The translations under genes were made by a program, and so were the position numbers. Of a stretch of 18,918 nucleotides of DNA, positions 6,057-12,900 are shown piece by piece (positions within the stretch are counted from its first letter, which is position 1; each line of letters begins with the position of its first letter). Below the pieces are notes generated by a model. That model had not been told where the DNA came from and searched no databases. It worked only from the letters and a program-made list of their open reading frames with translations. Origin of the DNA: an archaeon. Lineage in GTDB: Archaea > Iainarchaeota > Iainarchaeia > Iainarchaeales > CSSED10-239. The DNA lies in the NCBI GenBank assembly GCA_035387745.1, contig DAOOON010000006.1, forward strand, positions 17,828 to 36,745, written 5' to 3'.

Positions 6057-7148
6057 ATGACTACAAATGACAATAAAGAAGAGTCAATAATGAGTCCACA
6101 TCACTCAAAAAAGAGAATACTTATTTGGCAATTGATTAGTGCTGTTCTTTTTATTGCTTTAATAATAGCAATATTACTTGCAGTAACCAATAAGCCAGAA
6201 ACTACCAATTCGCCAATGACCGGAAATATTGGTTTAGTAAATCCAACAACAGAAACAAAAATTAATCAAAAGGTAGTTGACGATACTGTTTCTTTTCTTA
6301 AAGAAGCATTCCAGTTACCAGAAGTAACGGTTAAAGAAACAAAAGTCGTTGATGGTCTTTATGAGATAACAATTACAATTGAAGATCAAGACATGCCAAT
6401 CTACACCACAGCAACTGGAGAACACATTATTGTTCCGGGCATGGGTCTTGTAAACAAACAAGAAGTTTTAGTACAAATGGAAGAAGCAAAGGCTTTAGAA
6501 GAAGCACAAGCAGAGGCTGAAGCAAATATTGCAAAGTCTGATAAGCCAAAGGTTGAAGTCTTTGTAATGTCTCATTGTCCATATGGTACTCAGATGGAAA
6601 AAGGCTTGATTCCTGTTATGGAGGCCTTAAAGGATAAAGCAGACATACAGATTAAGTTTGTTGACTATGCAATGCATGGAGAAACAGAGCTAAAAGAGCA
6701 ACTTAATCAATACTGTATTAACAAAGAAGAACCAGAGAAGTATCTACCATACTTAAAGTGCTTCTTAGAAGCAGGAAAGACTACAGAATGTCTAGCAAGT
6801 ACAAACATTAATACAACAAAAGTCAATGCTTGTATTTCTGCAACCGATACAGAATACAAGGTTACAGAGTTATTTAATGATGAGTCAACTTGGTCAGGCG
6901 GGGCTTATCCTCAGTTTAATATATACAAGGCAGAAAACGAGCTTTACGGCGTACAAGGCTCTCCATCAACAGTAATTAACGGTGTTCTTGTAAGCAATAT
7001 GCCAAGGGATTCAAAAGGAATACTAGACAAGGTTTGTTCAGTATTTAACACAGCACCAGAAGAATGTAACACAGCTTTAAGTAGCGAAACACCAAGCGCA
7101 GGCTTTGGTTGGGGCGATTCAGGAGCACCAACAGATGCTACTTGTTAG
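6057..7148 (+). CDS. Membrane-anchored extracytoplasmic thioredoxin-fold protein (DsbA/GILT-like) with a CPYG (monothiol) site in place of CxxC
   Basis: There is one N-terminal TM segment (ILIWQLISAVLFIALIIAILLAV). VEVFVMSHCPYGTQ sits where a thioredoxin-fold CxxC would be. AMHGETELKEQLNQYC aligns to the GILT signature CQHGxxECxxNxxxxC at H, G, E and the last C. The C-terminal half is rich in cysteines. Confidence 0.5.
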   Translation: MTTNDNKEESIMSPHHSKKRILIWQLISAVLFIALIIAILLAVTNKPETTNSPMTGNIGLVNPTTETKINQKVVDDTVSFLKEAFQLPEVTVKETKVVDGLYEITITIEDQDMPIYTTATGEHIIVPGMGLVNKQEVLVQMEEAKALEEAQAEAEANIAKSDKPKVEVFVMSHCPYGTQMEKGLIPVMEALKDKADIQIKFVDYAMHGETELKEQLNQYCINKEEPEKYLPYLKCFLEAGKTTECLASTNINTTKVNACISATDTEYKVTELFNDESTWSGGAYPQFNIYKAENELYGVQGSPSTVINGVLVSNMPRDSKGILDKVCSVFNTAPEECNTALSSETPSAGFGWGDSGAPTDATC

Positions 7149-7250
7149 TTTCTATTTCTTCTTTTTTTCTTATTTTTATCTCAAAACCCATACCAACACA
7201 TTTAACTTAAAAACCATACTTTTTTAAATTTGTGTTGGCATATATTATTT

Positions 7251-8126
7251 ATGGTTTCAGTAATAGAAAAGAAAAATGGCACAAAAAAAGCCTATTATTT
7301 ACATATGACTTTAAGATCTAAAACTGGCTATAAGAATCTTGATAAATATCTAGGTATAAAGTTACCAGCAGATCTTAGAACAAAAAAATTAGATTTCTTT
7401 ATTGATTCTCAACAAGGGCAATTAGAAAAAATCTCAGAACAAATATCCAAATCTAATTCTCAAAAATTAAAAATGCCAAAAACAGTTCAAGAAAATCAAT
7501 TGTTTGATTTTGCAGTAAAGTTTACATATAATACCAACAGAATAGAAGGCAACACCCTAAGTTTAAAGGATTCTTATCTTTTACTTAGAGATCAGATATC
7601 TCCTCAAAAATCCATGCGAGACATTAAGGAAACAGAATCTCATCAGAAATTATTTTTAGAGCTTATTAAAAAGAGCCAGAACATTACTTATCAAAATCTA
7701 GTAAATTGGCATTATTTTTTATTTAAAGACACAAAAAAAGACATTGCAGGAAAGATTAGAAACTATCAAGTAGGCATATCTGGTTGTAAGTTTATTCCAC
7801 CAAGCCCAGCAGAGCTTTCTGCAGAATTAAGTGGTTTCTTTAATTGGTATAATAAAAATAAAGAAAAATATAATCCCGTTGTTCTTGCAGGATTAGTACA
7901 TTTAAGATTAGTAACAATCCATCCATTTGGTGATGGTAATGGCAGAATCACTAGACTATTAATGAATATTATTTTAAGTAACAACAACTATCCTCTTTTC
8001 ATTATTGATTATAAGCACAGAAAAAGTTATTATTCAGCACTAGAGAAATCCCAAACAAAAGACGACGATTCTTATTTCTTAAGTTGGTTTATCAAAAGTT
8101 ATTTGATTTTTATAAAAAGCAAATAA
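7251..8126 (+). CDS. Fic domain protein (AMPylase family), class II type with an N-terminal inhibitory motif
   Basis: The canonical Fic motif HPFGDGNGRITR matches HxFx[DE]GNGRxxR. TNRIEG matches the inhibitory [ST]xxxE[GN] motif upstream of the core. The track ORF starts at TTG 7230. I prefer ATG 7251 (MVSVIEKK) because a TATA-like tttttaaat lies about 25 nt upstream of it. Confidence 0.85.
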   Translation: MVSVIEKKNGTKKAYYLHMTLRSKTGYKNLDKYLGIKLPADLRTKKLDFFIDSQQGQLEKISEQISKSNSQKLKMPKTVQENQLFDFAVKFTYNTNRIEGNTLSLKDSYLLLRDQISPQKSMRDIKETESHQKLFLELIKKSQNITYQNLVNWHYFLFKDTKKDIAGKIRNYQVGISGCKFIPPSPAELSAELSGFFNWYNKNKEKYNPVVLAGLVHLRLVTIHPFGDGNGRITRLLMNIILSNNNYPLFIIDYKHRKSYYSALEKSQTKDDDSYFLSWFIKSYLIFIKSK

Positions 8127-8132
8127 CTAATC

Positions 8133-8170
8133 AATACCCAAACTTATATATTTTTATAAGTTTCGGTATT
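8133..8170. promoter_or_regulatory. 16-bp inverted repeat (15/16 match) between the Fic stop and the AbiEii start, enclosing a TATA-like ttatatat; candidate operator and/or Fic terminator hairpin
   Basis: The arms are aatacccaaacttata (8133-8148) and tataagtttcggtatt (8155-8170), with a 6-nt spacer. Confidence 0.4.
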
Positions 8171-8180
8171 ATATATATTT

Positions 8181-8837
8181 ATGAAAATAACCCTCTATAA
8201 TAAATTAAAAAAACAACAGCATAGAGATATTGCTAGTCTTCAAGACGAGCTAGTTAAAATTATTTATGGCATATTTCCAGAGGCGGTATTTCATGGAGGC
8301 ACATCAATCTGGAGATGCTATGATGGAAACAGATTTTCTGAAGATATAGATCTTTATTTTTATGAAAAACAAGATATAGAAAAGCAGCTTAAAGAAGAGC
8401 TACAGGGGAAAGGCTTAAATCTTATAAAATTTAAAAAAACCGAAAATGTTATTTTTGCTAAGATTACAGATAAGAATATAGAAGTAAGATTAGAGATAAG
8501 GTTATTAGAAAAGAGCAATTCCATTTTCAAAACAAAATCCATAAAACAATATCAAAATCTAGATGGATCTTCAATAACAGTTTTTTGCCTCTCTCCTGAG
8601 GAATTACTTCTAGAAAAAGCTCTTGCTTACAAGAATAGAAAGCTCATAAGAGATATTTATGATGTTTATTTCCTTCAATCTTTAGCAAATCTTTCAAATG
8701 AACAAAAAAAGAAACTAAAAGAGATAGTTGATTCTTGGGAAAAACCAGAAGATGAGAAAAATCTAAAAGCAATAGTATATTCTGGAGCAATCCCTAGTTT
8801 TGCTCAATTGCTTTCTGAAATCAAGAGGAGATATTAA
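8181..8837 (+). CDS. abiEii: AbiEii/AbiGii-family nucleotidyltransferase toxin (DUF1814, type IV toxin-antitoxin)
   Basis: FHGGTSIWRCYDGNRFSEDIDLYF matches the AbiEii NTase motif (GGT..l......R.SeDiDf). At 218 aa it is short for the family. Confidence 0.75.
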   Translation: MKITLYNKLKKQQHRDIASLQDELVKIIYGIFPEAVFHGGTSIWRCYDGNRFSEDIDLYFYEKQDIEKQLKEELQGKGLNLIKFKKTENVIFAKITDKNIEVRLEIRLLEKSNSIFKTKSIKQYQNLDGSSITVFCLSPEELLLEKALAYKNRKLIRDIYDVYFLQSLANLSNEQKKKLKEIVDSWEKPEDEKNLKAIVYSGAIPSFAQLLSEIKRRY

Positions 8838-9415
8838 TGACCTATGAAAACAGATTAAGAGATGTATATAAGGAAGAATATAAATTTACAAAAAAAGATG
8901 CTTCTAAATTATTTTCTAAAGACAAAATTAGTAATGAATATTTAGATCAATTGTTGCATAATTTAGTAAAGCAAAATAAAATTATTAGAATAACAAATGG
9001 TTCTTATACTTTTAAAAAAGATCTCATGGTAAGTGGTTTTGCTTATTCTCCGTTCTACTATGGTCTTCAAGAAGCATTATCTTTAAGAAACCTTCACGAG
9101 CAAGAAACAAACCCTATAATTATAACAACAAACAAGATAAAGCCAGGAATAAAAACCATACAAGGAAGTAATGTATTACTTAGAAGAATAGATTGTAAGT
9201 ATTTTTTTGGATTTGATTTCATTAAATACTATGATATGGAAATCCCGGTTTCTGATTATGAAAAGACATTAATTGATTTTGTTTATTATAATGAGCCATT
9301 ATCTAAAGAAGTAATTAATGAGCTTAAAAAAAAAATAGATAAAACTAAGTTACAGAATTATTTGTTAAGATATTCAAAAAAGATAAGAGCTAAAGCAAAT
9401 TTACTTCTAAAGTAG
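8837..9415 (+). CDS. abiEi: AbiEi-family antitoxin / wHTH transcriptional regulator (COG5340-like)
   Basis: The N-terminal wHTH ends in KIIRITNGSYTF (the family pattern is l.Rl.rG.Y). The C-terminal part is PFYYGLQEALSLRNL...IPVSDYEKTLIDFVYY (the family pattern is vSd.EKTllD). A GAGGAG SD lies 6 nt upstream, and the start overlaps the AbiEii stop (TAATG). Confidence 0.75.
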   Translation: MTYENRLRDVYKEEYKFTKKDASKLFSKDKISNEYLDQLLHNLVKQNKIIRITNGSYTFKKDLMVSGFAYSPFYYGLQEALSLRNLHEQETNPIIITTNKIKPGIKTIQGSNVLLRRIDCKYFFGFDFIKYYDMEIPVSDYEKTLIDFVYYNEPLSKEVINELKKKIDKTKLQNYLLRYSKKIRAKANLLLK

Positions 9416-9416
9416 T

Positions 9417-9980
9417 TTATTCAAGAATATAGTTTTTCTTAATTTCTTCTAAAGCAGCAGAAACAAATTTTTCAATTTCTATTCCAAGTGTCTTTTCACA
9501 CAAGTATATCTGTTCTCTATTAACAGCAGCTGCAAAATACTTGTCTTTTAGTTTCTTGATTATAGATTTAGTTTCTGCTTTAGTGATGTCTTTGTCAGGT
9601 CTCATCAAGACATATGCTCTAATGATTCCTGTCAGCCCGTCAAGAGAATATAGCGCATTTCTCAAGTTGCTATTTCTCTCAACACCAATAATCTCGTTAT
9701 GGCTTTTGATGTCATCAATCAGTTCTTTATCAACGTTCTTCTCAAGAAGAATCTTTTCAGTAACAAGAGTATGTTCTTTGATGTCCTCATTAAAGCTTTC
9801 AAGGTCAAGGTCATGAAGTAGCCCAATCACAAACCAATAGTCTTGTTCTGTTTCTGAGAGATTAAGAAGTTTAGAGATTCCAAGAAGTCCATAAGCCACA
9901 AGAAAGGAATGGTCGATGTTAGGTTTTTCTTTAAGATGTTCTTTAAGCAAAACCATTGCTTGTGTTCTGTTAGGTATCAT
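9417..9980 (-). CDS. HD-superfamily metal-dependent phosphohydrolase (COG2316-like small HD protein)
   Basis: H...HD arrangement: IDHSFLVAYGLLG...VIGLLHDLDLE...IKEHT...IKSHN. It starts 6 nt after the stop of the giant gene on the same strand. Confidence 0.7.
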   Translation of the reverse strand: MIPNRTQAMVLLKEHLKEKPNIDHSFLVAYGLLGISKLLNLSETEQDYWFVIGLLHDLDLESFNEDIKEHTLVTEKILLEKNVDKELIDDIKSHNEIIGVERNSNLRNALYSLDGLTGIIRAYVLMRPDKDITKAETKSIIKKLKDKYFAAAVNREQIYLCEKTLGIEIEKFVSAALEEIKKNYILE

Positions 9981-9986
9981 AAGCCA

Positions 9987-12900
9987 TCACTTATAAGATT
10001 GATATAAGGCGTTGATATCAGAATCAGAAAGGTTAGTATCAAACACTCTCAAATACTTTATGTGGCCGTTTCCTGGCATAGGCAATCCAGCATTACCAAT
10101 AATGTGTGGATAAAGATTCTGATTTTCAGGTAATAAATAAGTGGTAATTGTAGCTGAAGAATTGAATCTAAAATTTATTTCAGGGAATGTAAGATTTGTG
10201 GGATGTAAGTAAAAAGATTGGCAATTGTCCAGCGCCCCATTAATATACATACAAAAGTTATCATCAATTCTTACTATTGCAATTTGAGAATCGCCAGTTA
10301 CGGTTCCAATAGAGGTTAAGGTTTTACCATTATATCCCTGTATCCCAAAATAACCGCTTTTTTCTTGATTTTTAATATTTTCAAGATCAGACATCGCTCT
10401 TTTTACAATTCTACTATTAGAACTATCAGCAATATAAATAAAATTGTCGTCTAATGCCAATCCCTGTGGTAAATAAAGGCCGTCTTTTTCCCAGTTAAGT
10501 CTTCCGAATTTATAAATAAAATTAAGATTTGTATCATATACTTTAATTCTGTAATTTCTAGAATCCGAAACATATAACGTATCATTATATATTGTTATTC
10601 CTGTGGGTTCGTAAAAAGAATCTGTTGTTGAACTCGCATTAACCCCTAACCCATACATTTTTACTAATGAGAGATCGTTTTTGTTTCTTTTGTGTATTCT
10701 ATAATTTGACAGGTCTGTAACATATATATAATTATCATCTATTGTTATATCAGTTGGATTATTAAATTGATCATCTCCACTTCCCGAAACAGTACCACCA
10801 ACGGATGCCACAAATGTAAATGTGTCTTTTGTAAATTTTTTTATGCGATGCCAAGATCTTTCTACAACATATATATAATTATCATCTACCGCTATGCCAA
10901 AAATATATTGTACCATTTCATTTGAAGAGCCACAGCCATTAGATAATTTAGATACATAAGACAAATCTGTTTTGTTTCTTTTAACTATGCGACAATTGGC
11001 ATTATCGCTAACATATATATAATTTTGATCAATCGCTATTCCATAAGGGGAATTAAATTGATCATTCCCACTTCCAGAATTAGGTCCCCCCACAGAATAT
11101 AATGTAGACAAATCAGATTTATTTTTTTTAATAATTCTGTGATTTCCTGTATCTGAAACATATAAATAATTTTCATCAACAGCAACCCCCCAAGGATTGT
11201 ATACCCCGTCATTATTATAAGTAGATAAATTTATATTAGTTATATAGCTTAAATCAGACGGGTGGTGTATTTTTAATCTATCATTGCCAGTATCTGCAAT
11301 TAATAAAGTGTTTTCATCTTTATATTTTATATCTATCGGGAGGTAAAAGTAATTGTTGTCGGTTCCACTAGAACCAAATTTAGTAACATATGATAAATCT
11401 GATTTTAAATGTTTTTTAATTCTATTATTTGCATAATCTACAACATAAATATTATTTTCATCAAGGGATAAATATGTAGGACTAGAAAACTGATCATTTC
11501 CAGAACCTGAGCCTGTTCCCCCCAGACGTGTCACATAGGCAAAAGTATTTTTGTCTATCTTTTTAATTCTGTTATTTGTATATTCTACTGTATAAATATA
11601 ATTTATATCAACTCCGACTCCAAATATTCCAGAAAATTGGTCATTTCCAGTTCCGTTAGTTCCAAAGTGTGTTATATATTCCATTGTATCTTTATTTAGA
11701 ATTACAATCCGGCTATTCCCATAATCAGCAACATATAAATTAGTATCGTATATTGCTAATTGTCGTGGGCCATTTAATGTGGTTGTTGTGGCCCCATTAG
11801 TTCCGGTTCCAAATTGTGAAATATAACTTAAATCAGATTTATTAAATTTTATAACTCTTGGAGACGTTCTATCAGAAACATAAATATAATCTCCATCTAC
11901 TAAAATATAATTAGGATAGTTAAAAAAATTACTTCTTATTGCTTGCGTGGTTCCACTAGCAACACCATACGGACCACCACGATATGAAACAATCTGATTA
12001 GTTGTCTTGTCTACTTTTTGTAATCTGTGTATAATTGAATCAATAACATAATAATAGTTTTCATCACTATCTACCGAATATGGAGAATAAAAGAAATTAA
12101 AATCTATTCCAGAACCCACAAAAGAAATATTCACATCAAATTCTGAAAGATTTCTTTTAATTATAATTCCGGTTGTTGGATCAGCAACATAAAGATAGCC
12201 ATTATCTATTGTTAATCCGCCAGTAGATAAAAATTCAGAATAGGCATATCCTGTTGAATACCCTATATTTGAGATATAATTAAAATTGGTATCATATTTT
12301 AATATTCTAGCATATCCGTTATTTGAAATATATAAGTAATTATTGTCATAAATAACATATGCAGGGTTATAGAGTGTGTTTGGTAAATAATTGCTATACC
12401 CTGTCAATCCGAGTTGTGAAACAAATGATAAATCTGATTTTAAATGTTTCTTAATTCTTTGATTAGTATAATCTGCAACATAAACATATGTATCATCAAC
12501 AGTAACTGAATAGGGATTACTAAATGTGTCGTCTGTTGAGCCAGTGGCCCCCCCAATATTTGCAACAACACTCCACGGAGTCGAACTAATATCTATTTTT
12601 TTTAGTGTGTGCAAAGTACTACCGTAGCCGGTAGTAACATATAAATAATTTCCATCTACCGCGATTCCATAAGGATAACCTAGTGTTCCAGAACCTGGGC
12701 TATAGGTATATACCCAGGATAAATCAGATTTGTTGTATTTTTTTACTTGATGATATTGTCTGTTTGTTACATACAAAAATTCATCATCAACAGCCAAATC
12801 CTCTGGATAATAAAAAGTTGTACTTGTAGATCCGGGATTTGGGCCCCCAATTATGCCTACCACTGCCAAATCAGATAATCTTCTTTTTACAACCCGGTGT

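Noticed and set aside
7230-7250. TTG start (MCWHILF...) for the Fic gene as given in the track
   Set aside because: An in-frame ATG at 7251 is preceded by a TATA-like box at about the right distance for a leaderless mRNA. The 7-codon extension overlaps the inverted repeat and promoter region. This start is kept only as an alternative.
9413-9419. Convergent AbiEi and HD genes whose stop codons are separated by a single base, with no terminator structure
   Set aside because: This is real but unremarkable in a highly compacted genome. Oligo-T tracts within the gene ends could serve for archaeal termination. There is nothing further to test from sequence alone.
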